Positions 13,485-25,591 of a stretch of DNA of 64,000 nucleotides are shown in pieces. The first letter of the stretch is position 1. The number at the start of each line of letters is the position of its first letter. Location: positions 66,919-130,918 of the forward strand of contig CDMY01000297.1 in assembly GCA_001179505.1 (NCBI GenBank). Direction: 5' to 3'. Position numbers and translations under genes: made by a program. Origin of the DNA: Vitrella brassicaformis CCMP3155. Taxonomy: Eukaryota > Protista > Chromerida. The notes under the pieces were generated by a model. The model made no database searches and was not told the origin of the DNA. It worked only from the letters and a program-made list of their open reading frames with translations.

Positions 13485-14189
13485 ATGTAACCGGTGCCTG
13501 CGCATGCACAAACAGACAGACAGACAGACAGGCAGGCAGGCAAGCCAAGGAGACAGATGGCTGTGTGTCGGTCTGTCTGTCTGGCTGTCTGTGTGTCTGT
13601 GCCTTCGAAGCCGGTCAGTCCCTCAGTTGGCATGCCGATCGGCAGAGCTGACGAGTACGCCGTGTCGCTCTCCTTCCCTCCATCAGACGACTACACACAC
13701 ATGTCAGAGACACACATGGATGCGCACGAATGTGTCTCTCTGCTTTACTGCAGCCGTGTCAGCTGTGGCTGGTGAGTGGGCGATGACTGCCAGCAGAACC
13801 GCAGCGACCAACACACACTTGGGCAGCGACATTGTTTATGCTGTCGGTCAGTCGATTGATCGATCACCAGACGAGCAAGCGATGCACTTTTGAACGTGTC
13901 AGTTGAATTGGGTCGTCAATATATACTCAGTCGAGAATACACGACAGATGCACGTCGATCACCACCACACATGCGCTAGTTCTCTTCAGGCGAAGTGGAC
14001 TTCGCCGGTTCGCTGTGGTCCACTTCGTCAGGCGAAGTGGTTCCATAAAATTTAATGCTATACACGAGCGACGCTATCACTACCCACGAGAAGGTCAATA
14101 TATGCTTCAAGCTGGCCAAATCGGTGAGTTCACATAGTGATTTTGCATTTGGGTTCTTATTCGTTGACCTCTCGGCATCTCGCTTCGTC

Positions 14190-14873
14190 ATGCATCGCGT
14201 TGTGGTTCTCTTCGCGATCGCCGCCGTGGCGGTGAATGGTTTTCTTGTGGCCATGGCTGCCAAACGCACCGAGGACAAACGTATGGACGCAAGAGGGAGG
14301 AAGACGCAGATCTGTGTGTGTGTTGGTGTGTGTGGACAGATGCGTCCGAAAGTAGTGGGTCTACGCGTCTGTCGCTCATGAGCGACATCAGCCGCGCAAA
14401 GACCATGATAACGGCCGCCAGCTCGATGACCGCCGCGGCCCTCGAGGCCATAAACAATGCCCAGCACCACGTAACGATGTTTCAGGAAGCATCCGGCAGA
14501 AAAGCTGGTACGCCATCCATTGAATTCCATTGATGACACAACACATGTGTTGTGTTGTGTTGTGTGTTGTGTCGTGGGTGCAGAGGCCCAGTGCACCCCG
14601 TACAGGGGTGTAGTGTGCGGGTCGGCTGCTCCTGACGGCACGCCTTGTGGCATCGACAGCTCCGGTCATCACTGCTTCTGCCAGGGGGGAGTCTGCGGAT
14701 CAATGACAACGTAACCAAGCGAACTGTTAGTGTATTTCTGCTGTGTTGGTCAACTGTGTGTGTGTGCCTGTATGTCTGCGCGTGTGTCGGACGGCATCAG
14801 GTCGTGGGACTTTGCAGATCTGGAGTATGGTCCGGCCACCGGCTTGGACCCCATCGGCTCGGGCTTACTGTAG
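14190..14873 (+). CDS. Small secreted Cys-rich protein (4 exons)
   Basis: Signal peptide MHRVVVLFAIAAVAVNGFLVAMA. Exons join in frame across three GT-AG introns. Cys-rich exon AQCTPYRGVVCGSAAPDGTPCGIDSSGHHCFCQGGVCG; ends GLDPIGSGLL*. Confidence 0.7.
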
Positions 14874-15687
14874 ATATCTGCACAGACAGACAAGTAGCTT
14901 CGGTAGCCACCAGAGGGAGGGAGGGAGGGAGGGAGCGAGGGAGAGGACACGTACGTGTGTGTTTGCGCGCGGTTGGTGGGGCCAATGAAGGGCACATGAT
15001 CGTTTAATGTTCTTCTGTGTTGGTTGGCGGCATGGCATGGCATGGCCTTTTTGAATGTCTGGCTGCGTGGTGTGGTGTCTTCTTTTCCCGCTTTCCGTGA
15101 GTCTGACTGGAAACACACCCCCTCCCCTCTGCTTTCTCTTCTCCCCCACGTGTGGGACTCTCGCTCGGTTTCTCGCCCCTTGGTGCGTGTGTCCGTGCAT
15201 CGGTGTGCTTTGGCGGCGTGTCAGTGCGGTGGGAATGGGGTGACTGGCTGAATGGCGAACAGAGAGAGGCATGACGGGCGCTGTGGCTGGCCGTCGTTGC
15301 GGGTGGTGCACTTGTGCTGCGCCAACCGACACACACAAGGATGCGCACACCCAACACGCACGACTGATCACCACACGCACCATACCGCTCGCCATCGCCT
15401 TGCTCGAGTTCCTCAATGCCTGGGTGGCACTTTGGATGCATGGTGGTAGCTAAGGACCCTCACGGAGCAATGAATCAGCACCAAGGACAGCAAAGAAACA
15501 GGAAGGCTTCATTCACTTTACGAATATTGAGTCACATGTCCATCAATCGATCAACACGCATGGACTGCTCCCCATCGGTAAGTGGGTGGAGGAGGTCACC
15601 CCACACTCACGGACAGAGGCAGGCAGCCATTCAGCCCCGCACACAGATCCCCCGATCGTCCAAGCATTACAAAGGTCGATCGTGCCC

Positions 15688-16486
15688 TCAGAAGAGCCTG
15701 AATTGCTTCCTGGCTGTCCCGAAGATCTGGTTCTTCTCGACCTTGAGCACGTTGAAACGGACCGTCTTGGCCAGAGGACTGCACACACAGCACACACAGA
15801 TCAGATGAGCGCTGTACGCCGTGTGTTGCCGGGGGGAGGGGAGAGGATGCGTCGTGGTACCGGCACTGTCCGAAAGTGATGAGGTCTCCCTCCTTGACGT
15901 CGAATGCGGGGCTGCAGTGGACGGAGAAGTTGGCGTGGCGCTTCTCGAACCGGTTGTACTTGGGGATGTAGTGCAGGTAGTGCGTGCGGACAACTATCGT
16001 ACGCTGCATCTTGGTCGATATGCACATGCCCCTGAACACACAACACAACACACCACACACACAGTAAGTACACACTTTGCCCTCGTCCCTCCCCGTCAGC
16101 TGAGAGTGAGCGTGGCCATCGTTGCGTACTTGAGTATTCGCCCCCTGATGCTGACGTTTGAGGTGAAGGGGCACTTCTTGTCGATGTAGGTGCCCTCCTT
16201 GGCCTCCTTTGGGACCTGGAAGCCCAACCCGATGTCCTTCCAGTACCGCAGACCCTTGGCGCCCTTCTTGGCGAGCATACGCTTGTTCCCAAGGAAGATC
16301 GCATCCTGCTTCTGGAACGCACGCTCAGTCTGGTCGGTGGGCACACACACACACACACCACACGCAGCACGACAGACCACACACACCAGAGTGATGTGCG
16401 CACAAGGAGCGGTGCTGCATTTCGTTTTTTGTGAGATCTGTGTTGGTTCGCACCTGATCAAGCGTTGCGTGGGCTGTGGCCGCCAT
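15688..16486 (-). CDS. RPS11: 40S ribosomal protein S11 (uS17)
   Basis: TERAFQKQ...[10 protein letters not shown]...[30 protein letters not shown]...[25 protein letters not shown]. Confidence 0.98.
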
Positions 16487-16960
16487 GGTGCGTGAGAAAG
16501 CACTTCTCGTGAGCGAGCTTGGCTTTCACGCGAGCTTTCAAGCTCGCAGTGCCGGTCACCGCTTGCGCCGCTGCAGCTCTAGTTCAGGCGTCCTCCTCCT
16601 TGTTTTGTCAAGCCAAGGAGGTTTTGCAAGCTGCAAAACGGTCGACAGCTCTGCAGTGAAAGGAAGAGCTCCGCAACCTGACCACGTGCCTGACCGCTGC
16701 CAGCCTGGTAAAGGAGAGCAGGTCAGCGCGGCAACGTTCCAGCGATATCCAGCGACCAAGAAAACGCGACGCTCTTACACCCTCTCAACTGCGGCGCTTG
16801 GACGACGGCGCTGCCTGAAGGCGGTGCTGGTGCCTAAGGAGGCCCCTGCAGAAGGAAGGCAACCAGCTCATTGCAGTCTCGCAGCCTTAGCCGACGAGCA
16901 GTCCGGCGGCCCGCCAGTCAGTCTGCAGTCAGTCCCGGGTTCGGTAGCCGTCAGTGAGGA
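16487..16960. promoter_or_regulatory. Putative bidirectional promoter (RPS11 / ERD2)
   Basis: Divergent genes. GCGAGCTT at 16513-16520 and the palindrome GCGAGCTT-TC-AAGCTCGC at 16530-16547. Confidence 0.55.
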
Positions 16961-18024
16961 ATGGAGGTTTGGCTGTTCATCATCGGGTACCTCATCAACT
17001 TCGCGGCGAGCTGCCTGCTGCTGTACAAGATATGGCGTCACAAGTCCATCTACGGCCTCAGCGGCGACACCCAGTACTGCTTCCTCTTCGCCACACTCGC
17101 ACGGTGCTTCTGGTCTTTCGACACACGACTTGTAGAGGTACGTAGGGATGCATGCAGGCAGCCAGGCAGCCGTCTGTGGGCAATCCAGAGACCACTTTTG
17201 CCTGCCATCTGTGTGGCTTGTGTTTGTTGTCTTGTCTTGGCTTGTTCAGACATGGCTGGCTCACTTTGAGCTGCTGTGCTCGACGGTTGTAGCGTGTCTG
17301 CTGTCGTATTCGGTGTGGCGGTACTGGCACACGACCACCAAGCAGGCCCCCCCCTACCTTAGGCTGCTCTTCGCCGTGCCCCTTGCGGCTCTGCTGGCGT
17401 TTTTCTTCCACCCCGGTCGGCAGTGGTTCACGATCCAGAGCCTCGTGGCGTTTACCATGTACGTCGAGGCGGTGGCGCTGCTGCCTCAACTCTTCCTCAT
17501 GAGGAACATGATCGAGGTCAGCGAGAGGGAGGGGGTGAATGGACCACGAGTGGGGGAGGCTGGATGGCCAGATTGTGTGTTGTGTGTTGTGTGTGTGTCG
17601 TGTGTTATGGGTGGCTGCAGATAGAGCCGTTAACGTCCCATTATGTGGGTCTGCTGGTGATATCGAGGGCCGTCAGGATCGCATTCTGGATACAACTATA
17701 CATACAGGGTGGGAAATAACGCCACACGCGAGAGCGGGACACACGGAAAACAGACAGAGCATGGTGTGTTTGTCTGTTGGTTGATTGGTGCTGTGACCAG
17801 GTGAGCACTTCGTCAGCCTCATCCTTGCAGACGTCCTCCACTCACTATTCTCAGGTGCGTCACACGTCCGTCTGCGGGAGTGCACGCGGGAGTGCACTCC
17901 CGCAGGACCAACCGGCAGGCACACACACAGCACAAGGTGCTTCCTGCTCTTTTGTTCAGCTGACTACTTCATCATGTGGATCCGCAAACTGCGGAACGGC
18001 GGGGCGCTCGTCTACCGACTCTAA
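16961..18024 (+). CDS. ERD2: ER lumen protein-retaining (KDEL/HDEL) receptor family protein
   Basis: KSIYGLSGDTQ, ARCF, FTMYVEAVALLPQL, IEPLTSHYV, ADYF; 7-TM hydrophobic pattern. Confidence 0.9.
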
Positions 18025-19862
18025 CACACCCCAGCCAAAGACTAATCCCCTCCGCCCCCCAAGCCCACTTTGCTTTTGTTGGGCTCACAGATGACACAGA
18101 CAAGGCAAGAGAAGAGGAGAGAAGAAGCGACGCTGATTGATTGATTGATTGACCGACTGGCTGCCTGATGACGACACTCACTTGGCGTGCCCTTTTTCTG
18201 TGTGCCACCATTTGTGTATGGCCCTCTCTCTCTCTCTTTTCTACCTGGCTGACTGCTGCTGGCTACTGCCATTCTGGCCCGCTCGCATGTACATATGTCT
18301 ATGTTGTACCTATGTACGTATGTATGTACCACGATCGTACGGCCGGCCGACTGACTGGATGTGTGGATTGATGGATGGATTCATGGATGCCCTGTGAAGA
18401 GAATGCCTCTGCCTGGCTGTCTGTCTGCATGTGTGGGTGCAACGAATGGACGGTGGGATGGATGGTGGCTGTGTGTGGTGTGGTGGGGTGGGGTGGGGTG
18501 GGGTGTGAATTCGAGCTGAGATGCAGCCAGCTTGCTGGCGTGTGCGCGTGGCTGATGCAGATGCGTGAACAAGAGACGGCCCGATGAAGCACTTACTGTT
18601 GTTCATGGTGTCTTGCCGGGCGCACTCTGCCACGAACCTGACAGCCAGGAGCCAGTGAGCAAATGAGTGAGGGATGGAGCCAGACACCAGCAACACACTC
18701 GCACACTCTCGTGCGCACAACTGACCGGCAGACAGAGGGGACACCAGGCGGGCAGGCAGCCTTTTTCCGTCCGTATGTAAAGGCAGGCGATCGCATCTTG
18801 TGTGTGTGTGTGTGTGTGTGTGTGGATAATCTGCTGTCGTGTGGTGTGGTGTATAGCGACCTGGACTGACTGACATGGGTGTGCATAACTGGTGACCGGC
18901 TGGCCGCCCGGGTGGCCAAGTGGCTGGCTGGTTCGCCAGGCAACGAAACGTTGCGGATTGTGCAGACCAGAGAAACTCTTGTACAGTCGGTCACGCTGGC
19001 AAGGGAAGGCAGGCCCTCCAGGTCTGAAACCACCCAAAGCGCCTACTTGCTTTACATGTTTATACACCTGCATGTGCTGTGTGTGGTACTGATGGATGGA
19101 TGGTGTGTTGTCAACTTGTGTGATGGGAAGGGGCTATGCGGACGTCGGGATATTTGTGTGAATGTGAATTGCATGTGTTGCCTGTGGGAGGGGAGGGAGA
19201 GCCATCGATTGACGGCCATTCCCGAACACATTTGTATACTTGCATGCATCGCACGCATCGTTGCTGAGTGAAGCGTCAAGAAGCGCGAAATGGCGTCACA
19301 CGCGTCCGTGCACACATGCATCCATCAGGTCCGTGCGCGCGCAAAGAAAAAGATCCACGGCATATTTGTTGCCGTCGACACCGCACGGATCTCACATACA
19401 CGCATACACGGACAGAAAACTAATCATCATCGTGTATGGTCCCTCCGGGGCCGCGAGCAGACCATGTACCAACACAGCCATACACATGGACACACACATA
19501 CACATACACATACATACACACACATACTCGACACCCTCACCCCCGCCACATCGCGCAAAACGCACCTCGCGCATATACACACATTCACGTACACGCTTCA
19601 AAGCACCCAAGCAATAGTCGAAAAAATTGCCCGTCCCTCTCTCGAGTGTGAGTGTCCCCTCCCCCTCCCTCCTGAAAAAGGCCGCCTCACACGATATGGC
19701 CGGGAGAGAGGGGGAGCGACACACCACACGTACCCACTACACACCCACTTCTGGCCAAGCCGTCTTGACGGACACGCACACCAACACGTGCGCACGGCGA
19801 CCGATCGACCCCACACTATCAGACGAAAATTGCCCTACACACATGGCCGTCCGTCTACTTTG

Positions 19863-22139
19863 TCATCCGCCGCTGATGTGTCCGTTGGCATGTTCGTCTT
19901 CGTCTTCGGTGTCGTCGGTGACTGAGTCCATGCCGTTTTCCGACTGGTTGTCCCGCAGCTCCTCGAGGATGGCCTCCATGCGGGGCAGCTGCTTGGCCTG
20001 CTCCGTCCACATCCACGTCAGCAACTTGGCTGGCGCGAAGCGGGGAGGCTTCATGTCAGCCTGTACGCATAAAGAGGCAGGAAGGGACGTGTGTGGGAGG
20101 GTCAGGCAGGCAGGTTATGGGTCACTCACCTGTGCGATCATGGTGACGTCGACGGTGCCGTGAGGCGTCTTGTGCAAAACAAGGCCCATCATCTGCAGAC
20201 CAAGCGGACACCCATACAATACAGGTACACATAAGCGATGACATACACGGCACATCTCCCTGCCTGTGCTCAGTCTGTCGCATCGTACCAGTATATCTGC
20301 CTTGACGGCGCTTTTCTCCTTGGTGTAGAGCTTGTCCTCACTGACGTAGTCACCCAGATCGGTCAGCGCAACCACCTCATAATCGCAGCTCAACTGACAG
20401 GAACCAAACACCACACAATCTTCCCCCACCCGTCCCCAATTTCCCTTTTGACTCATTTACTCACTCACCGTCTTGACGTATGTGGTGTGGCACAGGATGC
20501 GCCTCGTGTCGCCGGGCGCTGGCGACCGAAAAACCTGGTACGTCAGCAAAAAATGCGGAGCCACCTCGGCAACGTGCTGGGCTGACCGGACGAAGAAAGA
20601 GGAAAGAAAGGACACGTCATGTGTGCGCGCAAATGTGCCTGTCTATGGATCACTGATACCTCCCTCGAACAGCCACGTGTCGATGCGTGACTTGAAGACA
20701 CAGTCGTAATCGACGAACACGTCGCGGACTTCCTCAATGGTGAGGCCGGGGATGCTGAACGAATAGCGGCCACGAACAATTGGCACGCTGTTGCGCGTCT
20801 CGCGCAGCTCCTCCAACTGACGGATGAGCAAGACCCAAAGGAATGCATGCTTTGCGTGTTGCGTCTATGGCCACGTACCTCGACTCCTCCCTTGGTGCCC
20901 AGTGACTTCCACATGGGCGACTCGTCGTTGGCGCACTGAGCTATCCGCTCAGCCATGCCCTCACACTGAATGCACGACAGGAGTGACGGACGGCAGGTGG
21001 TGTTTCGCCCTTCCCTTTCTGTGCCTACCGCTCCTCTGAGCTGCTCGACATCGATCCGAACACCGAACGCGGCCTCGCCCGGACGACGCAAATCACGGCC
21101 CTTCACCTGTTCACACGGAACAACATAACCAGGTGCACACACACGCCACGGCGCTAACTCAATTGTGTATACCGGCCAGCATGGAGGGAAGACGATTTCT
21201 CTCGGCGCCCTTGCCCGCGACGAGAGCGGGGAGTCAGTGTGTGTGTCGACGGACGATATGCTCGACTGCCGTGTGGATATGCGGGAGTAGATGGCCGACG
21301 AGTCCCGCGAGTCGGCCCTCAGCCTGGCTCGCGAATCCTGCTCCCACGCACCCTCGTGAAAGATGATGGAGCTGGGCAGGTGGGACAGGAAGCTGTGGAG
21401 AGAGCTGCTTGTCTGAATGAACAAGGGGAAGGAAAGACACACAAACAGCAAGATGGCGTGCGGTGCTGTGCTTGTGGTTGTGTGCTGTGATGCTGCTCTA
21501 CCGACCTCTCCCCGCGTGAGTGATGGCGCTCGTCTTCTCCTGCTGCCGACACTCCTCTCGTCGTCCGGCCCCTGGGGCGATATGAGGGAGCCGCTCCCGG
21601 CAGTCTCCTTGGCTATCGACTCCTCCACACCCGATATCGTCAACCGACGGCGACCAAACCTGCACAGTGACGCACACACGTCATCAAATCGCCTCACACG
21701 CACAGAAGCGTTCATACCTTGACACAGTCCCAGTGCGGTATGGCGTTCTTCTGGAGCTGGACCGGCTAGGCGCCTGTGAAGGCTGCGACTGGACGGGTGA
21801 GCTGGGTGGCTCGAGCTCACTCGTCGACATGACTTCGCTGACAGACATCACCCCATTGTCGACCATATCAGCCGTGTGAGTCGCATCGCTCTTCGTCTTA
21901 GCGGCACCACGGCGGAAGCTGAACCGCCCCCGACCATCCGGAGGCCTCACGAAGGGGAACATCGGCATCAACCGGTCCCTCTCGTCCCGAGCAGTGCCGG
22001 TGAAGTCGTCATCGCGATTGTCTGCGAACTCGTCATAGCCTCGGTGAGTGCGATGACGTCGGCGGAATCGGCGATGGCGGAGGCGGAGGATAGAGCTCCA
22101 GACAGTGACGCATGAGCAGGAATCGCTTGTGCCCGACAT
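19863..22139 (-). CDS. START/SRPBCC-like lipid-binding domain protein with Ser/Arg-rich N-terminus; 5' end uncertain
   Basis: WKSLGTKGGVE, PIVRGRYSFSIPGLTIEEVRDVFVD, YQVFRSPAPGDTRRI, GTVDVTMIAQADMK and a C-terminal amphipathic helix follow the START fold pattern. Confidence 0.55.
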
Positions 22140-22575
22140 CTTTCGAAACGGAGATCGTATCACCACACAGTTGAGGATATATTCGACTTCTCAGGCTCCT
22201 CGTGAGAGTAGAACACGGCGCTGGAAAAAAAGTGCGCGCTTCTCGTCTTCGAGAGTTTCACGGTTTCATGTACCGACAGTTTAACCTCCTTCCTCCGTCA
22301 TTCAACACTGGTCCCTCTTTTCGTTTGCTGATCCCCTTCACCTTTCTGGTAGCTTGGCACTTCCTCGCCACCCTCGCCATTGTCGTGAATCCTCGCCGCT
22401 CGCGCTTGCCCTGGACCCAGTTGCTTGGACGGAGGACCACGCGCGGGCCGACATGCCTCAGATCTTCCTCTCGTCCGGCAAACAATGTGAATACGTACAC
22501 GTTTGTACTCCGTGCATGTGGCTGACGACGTTACGCACGTACACAAGCGAAGCAGAGGCACACGGAATAAGCAAT

Positions 22576-22606
22576 CAATTGCCTTGAGTCAATTGCCTTG
22601 AGTTGC
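22576..22606 (+). repeat. Left target-site duplication with extra tandem copy (CAATTGCCTTGAGT x2)
   Basis: CAATTGCCTTGAGT at 22576-22589 and 22590-22603. ATTGCCTTGAGTTGC at 22592-22606 recurs at 23105-23119. Confidence 0.85.
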
Positions 22607-23104
22607 AGGCGGCTGCGTCGTTTGACATCTGTATTACGGATCCTGACGCAACGTCTTACGCTTCCAAGAACCGATCGACCAAGTCCATCCTGAAGCAGCA
22701 CGAGACCGCCAAGAAGAAGAAATACCGCTCGGCCGTCTGCGACTCCCGCGTGACCTTCTGCCCTCTGGTGGTGACGTGTGACGGTGTGTGGGGACACGAT
22801 GCCAACGTGTTCATCGCCCACATGGCTCATGCGCTGTTGGAGAAGGAGGGGTGGAAGGGTCGGGGGTTCAGTCATGTGTCTGGATGGATTCGCTCTCGCT
22901 TGTCTATCGCCCTCGCGCGTGCGACTAGCTTCTGTCTGCGTGGGGGAGGGAGGGGAGGGTTTGCGGGACTGGGGTGTGCTGATGGGGCGGGGATTGATCC
23001 CTCCTCCCCTTGAGCCTGTTTGAGTCTGCGTGCTGATGGGACTGTATTTGTATGAGTATCACGGACACACAGACGAGTGTTACGGTTAATGACAGTTTCC
23101 CTTC
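22607..23104 (+). mobile_element. 5'-truncated non-LTR retrotransposon (CRE/RLE-type); C-terminal restriction-like endonuclease half plus 3' UTR
   Basis: Intronless ORF to 23013: SFDICITDPDATSY...ETAKKKKY...TFCPLVVTCDGVWG...WIRSRLSIALARATSFCLRG, the typical RLE C-terminus. Flanked by a 15-bp direct repeat. Confidence 0.85.
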
Positions 23105-23119
23105 ATTGCCTTGAGTTGC
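23105..23119 (+). repeat. Right target-site duplication ATTGCCTTGAGTTGC
   Basis: Exact 15-bp match to 22592-22606. Confidence 0.85.
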
Positions 23120-23133
23120 CGTTGACACAGCTG

Positions 23134-25428
23134 ATGACGATGGCCGGCATCATGCTTTCGAGTGTGTTTGTGTGCGTCTGGGTTGTGAGTGTCGGGTCGG
23201 TGTCGCTCACTGGTCGGCTTCGAGATGTGCCTTCGAAGCTGCAGGAGGTCGCCACACTCAACGCTCAGCTCAAGTCACTCGCATCGGTAACACAATGAAA
23301 AGCATCCACTCAGTCACCCAGTGTGCGTGTTTTCTGTGTGTGTCTGTGGTGTGTGCAGTCGGGTCAGTCGTCGTACCGTTCGTTGCTGAGCGATTTGCAG
23401 AGTATGACGGCTGACTTCAACACGAAGATGGCCGAAACGGCGCCAACTCAGACGCCGCAGAGAGCAAAGCTACAAGGAGGACTACACCGATGAACTCACC
23501 CGGTGAGTCACTGACCCTGAGCTGCACACATGGCAATGGACATACAGATCAATGTTTCTGTCTGTCTCTCTGTCTGTCTGCTTTATTGTTCAGCAATTGG
23601 GAGGTGATTGATCCGCCGAGCGGCCCGTCGGGCAGGTGGCACTTCGCCAAGCATTCGGCCGGCCACCCAATCGTCATTGCACAGGTACACTCATTCACGC
23701 ACACGTTATGGCCATGAGACACACAGCAATCCCTCTCCCGCTCTGTGTGTGTCTTAGGATGAGGCTGGTCTGTCCGTGTCCTCGTCTGTGTTGCCTGGTG
23801 CACTGCTCATGCACCACGGCACACTCGTCTCGGAGGGCTTCGCAGCGGCGTCACTCTACATGGACAAGGAGACGCCATCCGCAGGAGTCGTCTTTCAGTT
23901 CAGAGACGAGGACAACTTCTGCTTTGCCGCCGTCGCTCGGGCCGGCATGGGCAATGCTCACCCCGGGAAGGGCAAACTCACCATCGGCAGAGTCATCGAC
24001 GGCCAATCACACACACTCAACGGTACGCCAGTCATCACACACACACACACACACACACATTGACGAGGGTGTGGTGTGACGTGAGCAGAGGTGGAGTTTG
24101 GTCCGTCTGTCGGCGAGTTGGCCGGCTTTGTCAATCTGGGCGTGCAGTTCTCGCCCGAGAAAATTGCTGTCTTTGTCAACGCCAATCCAGTCGCCCAGGC
24201 CAAGCTCTCACCAACCATTAGTAACACACACCTCTCTCTCTCCGTCTGCACTGTCGGTGTCTATGTGCAGATTATCGGGGCGTCATGGGTGTGTTCGCCT
24301 CCGGTCGCGCCTTGTTCGACTCGTTTGCGTGCGGCTTCCGAGGCGATGAAAGTTTGGTCGGCGGTGCATTTCCCCACACACAGCCAATGCCGCAGCTCAC
24401 CGCAGCCAAACAGAGGGAGGGAAAACCCAGAACACAGCAAGGTGAGTCTCCTCACCAGACCGCACAAGACACCCATATGTATGCCGTTCGATTCAGTGTC
24501 GACGCCCGGCACTCCCTCACCCTCACTGCCCGCAGCGGCCGTGCCTCGTCAGTGTCTGTACACCATGCCCGACACGCCCACGATCGAGTGAGTGGGCAAG
24601 CAAAGGAAGCAACACGCAGCAGGCAGTATTGTTGTGTCTGTCGTGTGTGCAGGGATTGGGAGGACGGCCAGTCGGGGTGGGTGGTGCTGCGCGAAAGAGG
24701 AGAAGTCACCGCCTCGGCAGCGTCGGTGAGCATTTCACTAACACACACACACACTCACGCACTCCCTCTGTGTCTGTGTCATCAGAGTGCACGTAGCGCG
24801 TTGCTGCTGAAGGACATTGTGTGTGGCCCGATGACGATGGGCGTCTCCCTCGAGCTGAGAGGCGACGACTGTGCGGGCGGACTGACCTTCAGATCTCATG
24901 GGCCAGACGCTCGATACATCGTCACACTCGACGCGCCCACGTCAGTCCGACACGGCACATGAGACACAAACACACAGCGACATGGCAAGTGTGTATGTTT
25001 TGTGTGCAGAGGTCGTCTGTTGCTCAAGCAGCAAAATGGCGCCGCCCCAGTCGTCATCGCATCCCAGGCCGTCCCACTCAGCGCAGGGTGAGAGTGCCCA
25101 GCGCCAGCGTCATGTGTGTGATATGATGTGTGTGTCCATGTGATAGTTTGGTGTATGACGTGCAAGTGACTGACAAGTCCATCACGCCGACCAACTCACG
25201 CGTGTCGATCAGCATCGACGGCCACACAAAACTGCACAAGGAGACCCCCAAAGACAACACACCAGGCAACCAGACACACTGACACACGGACGTGTGGACA
25301 GACAGCTAAGGTGTGAGTGTGTGTGCATGTTGCGTGCAGGTGGTGTGGGATTGTTCATCGAGCGGGGTGACGTCGAGTTCAAAAAATTTCATGTCGGCCC
25401 GCCCAGCGACACAGAACAGTTCGACTGA
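23134..25428 (+). CDS. Secreted protein with two concanavalin-A/DUF1080-like beta-sandwich domains
   Basis: Hydrophobic N-terminus MTMAGIMLSSVFVCVWVVSVG; AGVVFQFRDEDNFCF...LTIGRVIDG; AGGLTFRSHGPDARYIVTLD; terminal GGVGLFIERGDVEFKKFHV. Confidence 0.6.
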
Positions 25429-25591
25429 CCAACGCGTTACACAGACAAACACAGACAGACAGACAGACAGACACATGGATCTCTACATGCTGACAAATGG
25501 ATGACCAAAGTCACCAATAGCTTGTGATCAGTGTGTCTCGCCTTGTGTTGAGACTTGCATGTATTAATGAAGACCGTCCATCGTCCACGCA

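Noticed and set aside
13976-14653. 225-aa minus-strand ORF as the 'missing' minus gene
   Set aside because: It mostly overlaps the well-supported plus-strand secreted gene antisense and shows no recognisable motif; not supportable without RNA data.
15000-15680. Short ORFs (e.g. MHPKCHPGIEELEQGDGERY) downstream of RPS11
   Set aside because: No consistent splice chain or homology could be built.
18025-19862. 1.8-kb repeat-rich gap between convergent ERD2 and START genes as a hidden gene or ncRNA
   Set aside because: Low-complexity microsatellite-like sequence consistent with 3' UTRs; no coherent exon chain or RNA structure recognised.
20543-21820. 425-aa continuous ORF as a stand-alone gene
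   Set aside because: It reads through several obvious introns of the START-domain gene.
22202-22561. Overlapping short ORFs upstream of the START gene
   Set aside because: No motif; may hold a 5' exon or UTR of the START gene but the frame cannot be fixed.
22576-22606. Short direct repeats as a possible CRISPR array or spliced-leader target
   Set aside because: Only 2-3 copies of a 14-15-mer with no spacers; better explained as a TSD. The resemblance of CTTGAG to the reverse complement of the dinoflagellate SL 3' end is too short to support.
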